A stretch of DNA of 62,966 nt, counting the filler, from Octopus bimaculoides (lineage: Eukaryota): the NCBI RefSeq assembly GCF_001194135.2. It is 8 parts of 7 records of this genome, joined end to end, with 100 filler letters (N's around TTAATTAATTAA, not from the genome) between each part and the next. Parts side by side here need not be neighbours in the genome. Positions count along the whole stretch, not along the records: positions 50,631 to 52,860 come from NC_069004.1; positions 52,961 to 61,401 come from NC_068983.1; positions 61,502 to 62,966 come from NC_069001.1; 5 more parts are not named here. The stretch is one strand, 5' to 3'. This document shows positions 52,350-62,966 of this stretch, in pieces (position 1 is the first letter of the stretch; every line of letters begins with the position of its first letter). Under the pieces are notes generated by a model that saw only the letters and a program-made list of their open reading frames with translations, searched no databases and was not told the DNA's origin. Both the position numbers and the translations under genes were made by a program.

Positions 52350-52992
52350 TTTTGCTATCAGGGTACCTTTCCAAGCTACCAAATTTCACACAGTCCCAAA
52401 TCTCTCTTCACGAAATAATACACCTTACCACCTTGGTACGACGGTATCTCTGTTTACATAAGGAGAAACTCTACCGTCATAGTTATAACGAAATAGCCAC
52501 AAGAATCAATAACTGAATATTTGCATAGCGTTGCTGTAATTATTTTAATGACTTGATAGTTGATTAATTATCTCATTCTTATTGATTATGAACCAAACAA
52601 AGTATAAATTCAATACTGTATTCGTTGTCGAAGTCGATTTTACTATAAACACAGAATGTAAAATTACGAAGCTTTATGGAAATTGTTATGGAATGGGCCG
52701 GCTAGACTTAATGCTACTGTCCAATGAAGGCCAGCAGGCCGGGAGTTCGAAGTCACTGATACCACGCTTCTTATAAAAGAGTTATATATACGAGGGAGTA
52801 CCCAAAAGTAACCGGAATCGTTGCTTATTTTGATTTTAATCACCTTATATATATATATATNNNNNNNNNNNNNNNNNNNNNNNNNNNNNNNNNNNNNNNN
52901 NNNNTTAATTAATTAANNNNNNNNNNNNNNNNNNNNNNNNNNNNNNNNNNNNNNNNNNNNTTCAAAACGTTGCTTATTTCTTACTCAGCCTG

Positions 52993-53023
<31 letters not shown>

Positions 53024-53235
53024 TCAATGTATGTATCAATGTATGTATGTATGTAGCTATCTATCTATCTGTCAGTCTGTCTGTCTGTCTGTCTGTCTGT
53101 CTGTATCTGTCTGTCAGTCTGTGTGTCTGTGTGTCTGTCTATATATATAACAACATACATCATACATATCTGCACATACACACACACACAAACACACACA
53201 CAAACACACACACAAACACACACACACGCACGCAC

Positions 53236-53276
<41 letters not shown>

Positions 53277-53923
53277 CATGCATACATACATATGTGTGTG
53301 TGTGAGTATATGTATGTGTGTCTGTATGTATGTATGTATGTATGTATATATGTATGTATGCATGTATGTATGTATACACGTTTTTAAAACATATACATAT
53401 AAATTTATGTATGTACATACATATATTATGTATGCATATCATAAATGTGTGCATATATATGTTTGCGTGTGTGTAGATCTTCCATTGCTCATAGTTAGAA
53501 ATCTGACATGAGCTCTACTTAAAATACCTACTTGAAAGTTGTGAAGTGTTAGAAATTATATTATAAACATACGAAATAATACACCTTATATTTGAACACT
53601 CCACTTAAGGTTAAGGTAACACCAGAGTGTTCAGTGTTCAACAGGACACATACTGATCTGTTTATAAAGATAAGAGGCAAGATTATTGTGAAGTACGCAT
53701 TGTGATGTGAAAGTTTGGAATGTATTACGAGTTTTCCCAACCAGCCTGTTAGATGTAACGAAAAACATTAGCCGGTATCACACTAATGTCAAGCATAAAG
53801 AGTTACTCCCAATAGTAGAGTAGTAGATTACGGGGCACGTACTTTAAATGCAGGTGGTATCATATGCGCCTGCATGCATGCCCACATTCACAAACAGATA
53901 CACATATATATATATAGACTCAT

Positions 53924-54117
53924 TATGATTGACCGTTGACTGAACACTATTCAATTTTTTTTCTCCGTGTTTTTCTCCTTGTCTCCGTATTCTTTCTGTT
54001 GAAGAGTGTAGCTCGAAACGTCAAAGACTTTCCGTATTCCCGAGCGTCATACTAATATATACTTTTGTTATTTACACCACCTGTCCTCGTCTGTTGTTAT
54101 TATTTGTATATTCTCCC
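53924..54117 (+). mobile_element. ~195 bp direct-repeat-flanked insert with minimal hammerhead-like motif (Penelope-terminus or retrozyme-like)
   Basis: atatatagactcat at 53910-53923 and 54118-54131; tcttt-ctgttga-a-gag-tgtag-ctc-gaaacgtc-aaaga at 53991-54027. Confidence 0.55.
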
Positions 54118-55005
54118 ATATATAGACTCATACTCACACAAATTTTGGTTTGCATCTAAATAAAAACCATTTGATGATAGACAAAGAATCAATCTCACAC
54201 ATATTCCTGTCATTAACTCACATATATATTGAATCTACCAGTAGTATTCCGTCAGTTGTGTCCTGGGCATGACTTTAAACTGTGTCCAGTAGTGGGGCTA
54301 CGGTTTGGGAATTCCAGGGTTTTGAGAAGTGTGGAACCATCTCTTAGCCACTATCATTCCCAGGCCTGACCCGGGGTCGTAGAGCTTGTCTTGATTCTAA
54401 CTGTAGTTTAACTTGCATGTTATGGAAGAAACCCCAAGCATAAACTCTGCCTTGTGAATACCATGAGAATGGAAAAGGTTAGGAGAGTCAATCTCGACAG
54501 CAAATCAAGGACTGGAGTCCCTGAAGCGGTCCGGCGCCATCTTTGACGCATTTCCAGAAATCCCAAGGTAGGTGGAACTTGCCTGCCTTGTAAAGCTATT
54601 GGTCTAAGAGAAAGTCACTCCCAATGCAAAACCTACAGTTTGCTTTATCATTGCAGCCGTCTTAGTCCGCTTAGTCATCGTGGTGAAACCTTCAAGTCTA
54701 AAGAGTGGGACTGGATTGCGCGGACTGGCTGCCATTTTAAAACTCCTAAGTACAGGCAGGAAGAAAAGCCCTACGGCGTAAAAGATCGGTTCTCACAATT
54801 ACTTGGGGACGTGCCACTCTTCTTCACGATTTTCAGACACAAAGAAACTGCCGTTATCATTCCATCAGCCACTGCTCCGTAGTTCTATCTGAAGCATTCA
54901 TCTCTCATTCACTATTTTGTCATTCACCAAATCCTGCGCAAATGACTTACATTCTCACTACTCAGAAGTGCAGCTCTTTTGCATCTCTTCTCTGTTCACA
55001 TTTTC

Positions 55006-55037
<32 letters not shown>

Positions 55038-55081
55038 GACGCGCGCGCGCGCAAAAACCTCTAGATACATCAACCTCAGTA

Positions 55082-55232
55082 AGGCGGCGAGCTGGCAGAA
55101 ACGTTAGCACCCCCAGGGGAAATGCTTAGTAGTATTTCGTCTGCCGCTACGTTCTGAGTTCAAATTCCGCCGAGGTCGACTTTGCCTTTCATCCTTTCGG
55201 GGTCGATTAAGTAAGTACCAGTTACGCACTGC
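55082..55232 (+). mobile_element. SINE family C, head and central domain
   Basis: ggcggcgagctggcagaaacgttagcac, B box gttcaaattcc, gcctttcatcctttcggggtcgat (CORE-like, from memory). Confidence 0.9.
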
Positions 55233-55246
55233 ATCAGACCAATAAT

Positions 55247-55376
55247 TGTGAAGGCGCGTGGCCTAGTGGTTAGGGCATTCGGCTCACGATCGTAAGGTCG
55301 TGAGTTCGTTTCTCGGCGATGCATTGTGTCCTTGAGCAATACACTTTATTTCACGTTGCTCCAGTCTATTCAGCTG
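55247..55376 (+). mobile_element. SINE family D head
   Basis: A box tggcctagtgg, B-box-like gagttcgtttc, then ttgtgtccttgagcaatacact. Confidence 0.75.
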
Positions 55377-55851
55377 NNNNNNNNNNNNNNNNNNNNNNNN
55401 NNNNNNNNNNNNNNNNNNNNNNNNNNNNNNNNNNNNNNNNNNNNNNNNNNNNNNNNNNNNNNNNNNNNNNNNNNNNNNNNNNNNNNNNNNNNNNNNNNNN
55501 NNNNNNNNNNNNNNNNNNNNNNNNNNNNNNNNNNNNNNNNNNNNNNNNNNNNNNNNNNNNNNNNNNNNNNNNNNNNNNNNNNNNNNNNNNNNNNNNNNNN
55601 NNNNNNNNNNNNNNNNNNNNNNNNNNNNNNNNNNNNNNNNNNNNNNNNNNNNNNNNNNNNNNNNNNNNNNNNNNNNNNNNNNNNNNNNNNNNNNNNNNNN
55701 NNNNNNNNNNNNNNNNNNNNNNNNNNNNNNNNNNTATATACAGTATATATATGTGTGTGTATGTGTGTGTAAGAATATGTATACATGCACACATGTATAC
55801 ATATATATGTACGTATGTAAATGTGTATTTGTGTGTATGTGTGTGTGTGTG

Positions 55852-56206
55852 TACACAGTTGGTAACAGATCATGCCCTTCTTTTGCTGGGCTCAAATCTC
55901 TTTTGCGAACCCATGATAACGAACCTCCAGCATCTATTCTGCCTATGTATCTGTGCACACCTTTCAATGCAATGTATGCCAGAAAGTTTGCAAATCTAAC
56001 GGAGACCTCAAAAGACATTTTAAGATCCACAAAGATCAGAACTTATCTGCAGCACTTGGTGGTCCAAATCAGATATACAATATGTGGGTGTCTTTTCAGA
56101 AAATTGTCTGCTTTAAAAAGCCACATCAGATGTCATGATGGTTCTAATGTGTAGGTACAGAAGATGGTCAAATTCTGCATAAGGAGTAGACAACCACCAC
56201 CATATA
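55852..56206 (+). pseudogene. 5'-truncated second copy of the RTE C2H2 3' end
   Basis: Colinear with 21045-21390; intact finger CNVCQKVCKSNGDLKRHFKIH. Confidence 0.85.
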
Positions 56207-56830
56207 TNNNNNNNNNNNNNNNNNNNNNNNNNNNNNNNNNNNNNNNNNNNNNNNNNNNNNNNNNNNNNNNNNNNNNNNNNNNNNNNNNNNNNNNNNNNNN
56301 NNNNNNNNNNNNNNNNNNNNNNNNNNNNNNNNNNNNNNNNNNNNNNNNNNNNNNNNNNNNNNNNNNNNNNNNNNNNNNNNNNNNNNNNNNNNNNNNNNNN
56401 NNNNNNNNNNNNNNNNNNNNNNNNNNNNNNNNNNNNNNNNNNNNNNNNNNNNNNNNNNNNNNNNNNNNNNNNNNNNNNNNNNNNNNNNNNNNNNNNNNNN
56501 NNNNNNNNNNNNNNNNNNNNNNNNNNNNNNNNNNNNNNNNNNNNNNNNNNNNNNNNNNNNNNNNNNNNNNNNNNNNNNNNNNNNNNNNNNNNNNNNNNNN
56601 NNNNNNNNNNNNNNNNNNNNNNNNNNNNNNNNNNNNNNNNNNNNNNNNNNNNNNNNNNNNNNNNNNNNNNNNNNNNNNNNNNNNNNNNNNNNNNNNNNNN
56701 NNNNNNNNNNNNNNNNNNNNNNNNNNNNNNNNNNNNNNNNNNNNNNNNNNNNNNNNNNNNNNNNNNNNNNNNNNNNNNNNNNNNNNNNNNNNNNNNNNNN
56801 NNNNNNNNNNNNNNNNNNNNNNNNNNNNNN

Positions 56831-57116
56831 GGAACAGCCTGCTCGTGAAATTAACGTGCAAGTGGCTGAGCACTCCACAGACACGTGTACCCTTAACGTA
56901 GTTCTCGGGGAGATTCAGCGTGACACAGTGTGACAAGGCTGACCCTTGTTGTGATGAAAGAGTACAGCAGGGTTCGCCACCATCCCCTGCCGGAGCCTCG
57001 AGGAGCTTTAGGTGTTTTCGCTCAATAAACACTCACAACGCCCGGTCTGGGAATCGAAATCGCGATCATATGACCGCGAGTCCGTTGCCCTAACCACTGG
57101 GCCATTGCGCCTCCAC
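56831..57116 (-). mobile_element. SINE family B with internal deletion
   Basis: Reverse complement of 39535-39850, lacking ~60 nt. Confidence 0.9.
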
Positions 57117-58055
57117 ATAAAAGAGAGATATATTAGTTTAACTAATCCCTAATGAACTAATGTTCATTCTTTAGGCTTGAAAAGCAATGTATATATATAG
57201 AGTTTTCGAACTTAGAACGGAGACGGTTGAAACTATATATTATAAGGTATTTAGAGCAGCACTATATATTATCTGACAATTTCATCGTTTTCTGTAATAT
57301 TATAGAATGATGTCGATGAGCCTAGGACAGAGACTTGCAGAACGCTTTGGTTGATATATCAAATAGAACAACTTTAGAACATGAATACGTGATCAAAGCT
57401 ATGGATCGGGAAGAGCGTGAACACCATATTTATGACAATATTCGAGAGTATGGTGTTCATATTAATGTTGTAATGACGTAATCGTTTGGCGACAGAACCA
57501 CAGAGATAAAATCTTTCTAGGATAATATTTCCGTCAAGAGTTATAATATCAATAACGTGAATCAATAAAAATATGAAATACAGAAGGATCTGAATGAGAT
57601 TTTTCTTATATTGCCAGTTATATTGATTTAGGCGGCAATAGTTGGATGTTTCCATAATCTAAAATACGAATAATATGAATTACTCGTAAATGATATTTGG
57701 TGTGAATCTACATATTGCATTTGGAAAATACAATACAGTCGGCATATTTGTATTCAATGCCGAGTAAAAATAGCGTACAATAATGTACCAAGATACTTGC
57801 TGCAGAGAATTTTAGGTATAACAGTGAAGCGTCCACGTGCTCTACATAGAAAAATATCGTTTATAGTTTATTACTGGAGAAGTGAATACCTGGTGACATA
57901 GTTAATAAGATTAATTCACAGGTATAGATAACTTTTATTATCTTTTACTTATTTCAATCATTGGACTACGTCCTTATAAGTCTGGTATTTATTCTACGGA
58001 GTCGCAAACTAACGATGGATGTTAATTGGTGATGGGACACATGCACAAAAGCGCG

Positions 58056-58093
<38 letters not shown>

Positions 58094-58183
58094 TGTATTT
58101 CGGGATGGTCGTTATTTTTGGCCAAATATACAAACGTACTATATAGTCAATCTTCACTTGTTTCTTGCTGTTCCTATTCTAAC

Positions 58184-58230
58184 TGTCCTGAAAATTTTCG
58201 TCACACGCCTGAGACCTCCTCAGCGACATC
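58184..58230 (-). ncRNA. Degenerate minimal hammerhead ribozyme-like motif, left PLE arm
   Basis: Minus strand: tgtcg-CTGAGGA-g-gtctca-ggcg-tgtgac-GAA-aatttt-C-aggaca. Confidence 0.5.
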
Positions 58231-58323
58231 TTCCGTCTTCGTGTGTACTCTTGCTCTGCTTGTTCCATTCTGTTCTTTATATGCGCATGCCTCTGTGTTT
58301 GTGTATTGTTGTGTACATGTGTG

Positions 58324-58375
<52 letters not shown>

Positions 58376-58632
58376 TCATTGTTCTTAGTAGCACTATGAC
58401 CCTCTCCTCAGCCCCGTCCCCTAACATGTTGCTGCTGCTGCTCTCGAAACTGACTTTTTGCACCATGTTTGTAACTCTCTGTGTTTGTGTGTTCGCTCAC
58501 GCTGCTTCCATCCTGGTAGTTGGTTATTATTTTTTTTTTGTCATTGTTGTTACTGCTATTGTCGTTGTCAGTCGCATTGTTGATACTGTTGCGGCCGTCT
58601 GTGAAGTTACCGTATGTGTGTGTGTGTATGTT

Positions 58633-59494
58633 CGAGGTCTGATCAATAAATATCCGGACTGTTACCATAGTAACAAAGCAGAGGAAAGTCGCTTGGTACT
58701 GATTGACCTTGAACTCTGCTGTGCGTGCACACTAAGTTTTAACGTTCTAGCTAAATTCCGCTGTTTACAGCAATGCCTGGAATGGAAGTGTGTAGCATGT
58801 GATCGTCGCATTGACCATGACAGAGAAAGTTGTCATGGCGGCACCTGCTCAGAGGCCTACGCAATGTTGCAGAGAGTGCTTGGAGAAGAGTGTATGAGCC
58901 GCACACAAGTGTATGAGTGTTTCAGACGTTTCCAAGATGGCCGAAAAATGTCAATATTGACGAATGTTCTCGGAGACCCGCAACCAGCAGAACTGGAAAA
59001 AACATCGCAGATGTGCGTGCAGCTGTGAGGGGAAATGGTCGAATCACTATCCATAAGTTATCAGAAGATGTGTAGATTAGTTATGTTTCAATTCAGTTCA
59101 TTATCACTGAAGATTTGGGTATGAGACGTGTGTCTGCCAAGTTTCTGTCAAAACCGCTTTCAGCTGATCGAAAAGATACTCGTGTTTCAGTTGCACAAGA
59201 TTTCCTTGATTGTGTCGAGAACGATCAAAACATCTTGAAAATGTTGCGTAGATCTCTGAGCAGGTCTCGCCAAGCTTTTGTCAAAATTTGATGCAGATTT
59301 TCTGCTCATTCATTACAACGATCACACGTTACACACATTCCTTCCAAGCACTGCTATAAACAGCGGAAGTGAGTTAGAACGTTAAAACTTAGTGCACATA
59401 CACAACAGAGTTCAAGGTCAATCTGTGCCAAGTGGCTTTACTCTTTAGGTTCATTACTATGGTAACAGTCTGGATACTTACTGATCAGACGACT
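58633..59494 (+). mobile_element. Non-autonomous mariner derivative with ~240 bp inverted ends
   Basis: Ends cgaggtctgatca / tgatcagacgact-ta; internal N-terminal transposase TCSEAYAMLQRVLGEECMSRTQVYECFRRFQDGR...ITIHKLSED..DLGMRRVSAKF; 59238-59494 mirrors 58633-58868. Confidence 0.85.
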
Positions 59495-61082
59495 TATATA
59501 AGTCCGCTCCCTATGTTGTTTGTATCCGTGCTCTTTATATAGTTTTTTTCACTATCTCTAATTTTCTTTTTATATATCCATTGTATGTCTATTACGCTGT
59601 TTGTATCTGTTTTTCCCCTTCAGTCTATACTCGTCTAGTTGTGTGGCATGGTGGTGGGTGTTATTGTTCTATTCGTGTTTTCTGTTGAGGCTAGGTCTGT
59701 CTATTGTTATGTATGTAACCTCTGTGATCTGTCTAAATGTCGTGTCAGTTTTATGCGTTGATAATACTTTAACCTATATGCTATTGACTGAACCTCTATG
59801 TTCTGCTTGAGCATGTTGGTAGAGCACTGACGAGTCTTTCTCTTCTTTGAGCTCTCGTCAGTGTTCACCTATACGCTCTCCTATGCTCCGAGCTGTCTCT
59901 CCAATGTAAGTAGCTGTCATGTTTCTGCACCGTCTTTCAATACATCGTAAGCTATACACTATATTCCTAACCTTACAGTTAACCTGTGGGTTCATCCTAC
60001 ATACAGTACAATTGTTCTTCGTACATGGAGACCTATCGAATGGATAAGTTCTACAGATCAGGGATTTTATAGCGGCACCAGGCCTTTCTACTACTTTAAC
60101 CCGTAAACTGGCTTTATCTAATGTTTTTCTAAAAGGGTATGCTAGTTTGTCGCCAAGGGTAGCATCAACGAACTTGACACTCTGGTATGTTTTGTTGTCA
60201 TGCCATGAATTGGCCTTATGTATCTTTTTTCTGGTCCTTTCTGTGCTGTTCAAGGATTTACTCCTGTATAGCGAGCAGATCCTCTTTTCATCACTCTCTA
60301 TGATGGCTTTGTACTTAACCCTGGTTCCTTTGTACACTTTAACCCTGTCCCTTTGGTCGCAGCTAGAGAACTGCATACAATTCACGCAGCATAGGAGAAC
60401 GTATAGGTGAACACTGGCGAGAGCTCAAAGAAGAGAAAGGCTCGTCAGTGCTCTACCAACATGCTCAAGCAGAACATAGAGGAGCAGTCAATAACCTAGA
60501 GATCAAAGTATCATCAACGCATAGAACTGACACGGCACTTGGACAGAACACAGAGGCTACACACATAGCAATAGATAGACCTAGCTTCAACGGAAAACAC
60601 GAATGGAACAATAACACCCCCCCACACCACACAACAAGACAACTGAAGACTGAAGGGAGAAAAAAAGCAGATACAAACATTGTAATACACATACAATAGA
60701 CATATAAAAAAAATTAGAGACATAAAAAAAAGTACTGTATAAAGAGCACGGATACAAACAACATAGTAAGCGAACCCATACACACACACACACACAAACA
60801 CACAGACGGTGACTTTACAGATGGCCGCAAAAATATCAACAGCAATAGCGGTAACAACAATGGCAACAATAACAACATCAATAACTACCACGATGGCAGG
60901 AACTTGGACGAACACACAAACACAGAAATTTACAAGAACAGTGTAAAAAGTCAGGTTCAAGAGCAGCAGCAGCAGCAACAGGGTAAGAGACAGGGCTGAG
61001 GGGAGGGTCATAGTGTTACTAAGAACAATGACACACACACACACGCACACATACACGTACACAACACACACACACACACACA

Positions 61083-61114
<32 letters not shown>

Positions 61115-61192
61115 GGTATGCGCATATCAGGATACACATCATAGAAGAACAGGATGGAATAAGCAGAGCAAGAGCACACACGATGATGGAAG

Positions 61193-61240
61193 GTGTCGTT
61201 GAGGAAGTCTCAGATGTGTGACGAAAGATTTCTGGACAAT
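61193..61240 (+). ncRNA. Degenerate minimal hammerhead ribozyme-like motif, right PLE arm
   Basis: tgtcg-tTGAGGA-a-gtctca-gatg-tgtgac-GAA-agattt-C-tggaca. Confidence 0.45.
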
Positions 61241-61501
61241 GGACATGAGTTAAAATAAGAACAGTAATAAACGAATGAAGAACGAATATATAGCGTGTGT
61301 GTTTATTTAGCAAAAAAAACAAAAAAAAACATGGCCATCCCGAAATACAACAATATCTGGTTCAGTACACTTCACATCAGGAATCTTGCAACACAAATTC
61401 ANNNNNNNNNNNNNNNNNNNNNNNNNNNNNNNNNNNNNNNNNNNNTTAATTAATTAANNNNNNNNNNNNNNNNNNNNNNNNNNNNNNNNNNNNNNNNNNN
61501 N

Positions 61502-61770
61502 ACCCCAAAATGGCTGAAGTTCAAAAGATAGTGCTCATGGGAACTGCCCATATCCTACGTAAAATACTGTCTATGTGATCTCAAATTTTAAAGCAAACAC
61601 ATAATTTTCTTATGGTTTCTTAAACATTCACTTGAATAAAACTGTACAAATCCAAATATATGGTACCCTAGGCATAACACCTATATGAACTTCTAACTTG
61701 TTGTCTCTTGAGGTCTCTGGGTGAGACTTGGATCCAACTTGTACAAATGCAAAACAAAAGTCAAACATAA
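61502..61770 (+). pseudogene. R4/Dong-like non-LTR retrotransposon 3' end (copy 1)
   Basis: EVQKIVLMGTAHILRKILSM*, ~200 nt 3' UTR, then (AAT)n. Confidence 0.75.
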
Positions 61771-61792
61771 AATAATAATAATAATAATAATA

Positions 61793-62850
61793 CAGTGAAT
61801 ACTAAACAGCGTGGACGTCTGATAGCGAGCTGCCGGGAAGAAACCATCAAGAAGAAGGAATTAAGAATCCATAAAAGCAATGGAAGAAAACTATGTCTCA
61901 ATGTAAGCCATCTTAGGAAACTGAAAGATTATTCTTACATGGCATATATATAGACTCTCATGTAGGTAATTGTGAAGAAAGTTTATTAAAAGCTGCTAGA
62001 GTTACAGCAAGACATAGGGAAACCAAAAGTCCAAACGAAGTTAAAAACCAGGAAAAAGAACAAAACTTATCTGACTGGCAGGAGAAAGCGTTGCATGGTA
62101 GATTCCCAAGATTTATTGCAGGAAAGGAAAGCTGAAAAGCGAAACAGAGAGTTTGTAGCTACACAAGATCAAGCATTAAGGACTAATTGGATAAAAGTGA
62201 GAAACCAAGTAGATTCCCTATGTAGGTTATGCAAATCAAAAGAAAGCATGGCTCATATAATAAAGGAATGTATCACGCTGGCACAGAAATAAATCAAGAA
62301 AAGACATGACAACCTAGGGAGAGTAATCAATTTGGGGTTATGTAGAAAACTAGGATTTGAATATACTAATAAATAGTATGAACATGAACGTAGCAAAGTA
62401 CTAGAAAGTAAGAAATACGAGATGTTGTGGGACTTTAACATCCAGACTGACTGAGTAATAGAAGGTAGAAGGCCTGATTTAGTAGTAGTAGTAGTAGCAG
62501 AGAAAGAGAATAGAAAGTGCCAGATAATTGACTTACCAGTCCCAAATGATGACCTAGCTATTTAATTACAGAGACTATGGAAAGTGCAGGTAAAACGTAT
62601 CCCAGTAGTTATAGATGAATTGGGAACTATCTCCAAAGATTGGAACAGATGGATAGAGGAAATAAGCATAAAACCCAGTTTAGTGCAGCTCCAGAAAACA
62701 GTGTTATGAGGGACGGCTAGGATACTTAGGAGGGTTCTTGGCATCTAGGATACTTGACGACTAGGATACTTGGCATCTAAGGTTACTTGTTGTAGCCCGA
62801 TGTTGGAACTTCTCTTTTCCAATAGTCTAATATCTTGTGAGTATATGAAT

Positions 62851-62851
<1 letters not shown>
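61793..62851 (+). pseudogene. R4/Dong-like element, 5'-truncated, with CCHC and restriction-like endonuclease (copy 2)
   Basis: WQEKALHG, ATQDQALRT, CRLCKSKESMAHIIKEC, KRHDNL, LWDFNIQTD, RRPDLVV, IID, QKTVL*GTARILRRVL; flanked by (AAT)n on both sides. Confidence 0.85.
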
Positions 62852-62914
<63 letters not shown>

Positions 62915-62935
62915 TAATAATAATAATAATAATAA
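62852..62935. repeat. (TAA)n microsatellite (tail or target)
   Basis: Direct reading. Confidence 0.95.
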
Positions 62936-62966
62936 CATTACAGAAAAAGACTTACCTGAGGCAAAA

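Larger units (their letters stand above)
58093..61350 (-). mobile_element. Penelope-like retroelement: 5'-truncated ORF with C-terminal GIY-YIG endonuclease, flanked by inverted ~1 kb terminal repeats
   Basis: ORF 59858-60385(-): SVKFVDAT..KVVERPG..CTKNNCTVC..NC..RNIVYSLRC..TYIGETARSIGERIGEH; 58093-59890 (minus the mariner) is the reverse complement of 60386-61350. Confidence 0.85.

Noticed and set aside
52789-52995. Mariner-TIR-like ends (tacgagggagtacccaaaagtaaccgg; cttactcagcctgata)
   Set aside because: Only ~30 bp each, dissimilar to each other and separated by an artificial spacer
57417-57460. 12-bp hairpin gtgaacaccata/tatggtgttcat
   Set aside because: Isolated, with no element boundaries or second copy; could arise by chance in 63 kb

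Overview
Eukaryotic, AT-rich, gap-riddled (roughly a fifth N) genomic window in which I could not support any host protein-coding gene; it looks intronic or intergenic. It is almost entirely repeats: at least four tRNA-derived SINE families, dense di-, tri- and tetranucleotide microsatellites, and decayed retroelements (RTE, L1/Tx1-like, R4/Dong-like, Penelope-like) and DNA transposons (mariner, hAT). The SINE sequences and microsatellite load resemble octopod cephalopod DNA (inference from memory, unverified). Nearly all ORF-track entries are artefacts of microsatellites or N runs. Most interesting signals: (1) a Penelope-like GIY-YIG element at 58.1-61.35 kb built as a ~1 kb inverted repeat, with a degenerate minimal hammerhead-ribozyme motif in each arm and a fold-back mariner nested in one arm; (2) a ~195 bp insert flanked by 14-nt direct repeats and carrying a minimal hammerhead motif (retrozyme-like) at 53.9-54.1 kb; (3) an RTE LINE family whose ORF ends in three C2H2 zinc fingers, reconstructable from two complementary copies; (4) two R4/Dong-like 3' ends stacked in (TAA)n. 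Seven 100-bp N44-TTAATTAATTAA-N44 spacers are artificial contig joins, so adjacency across them is not evidence.
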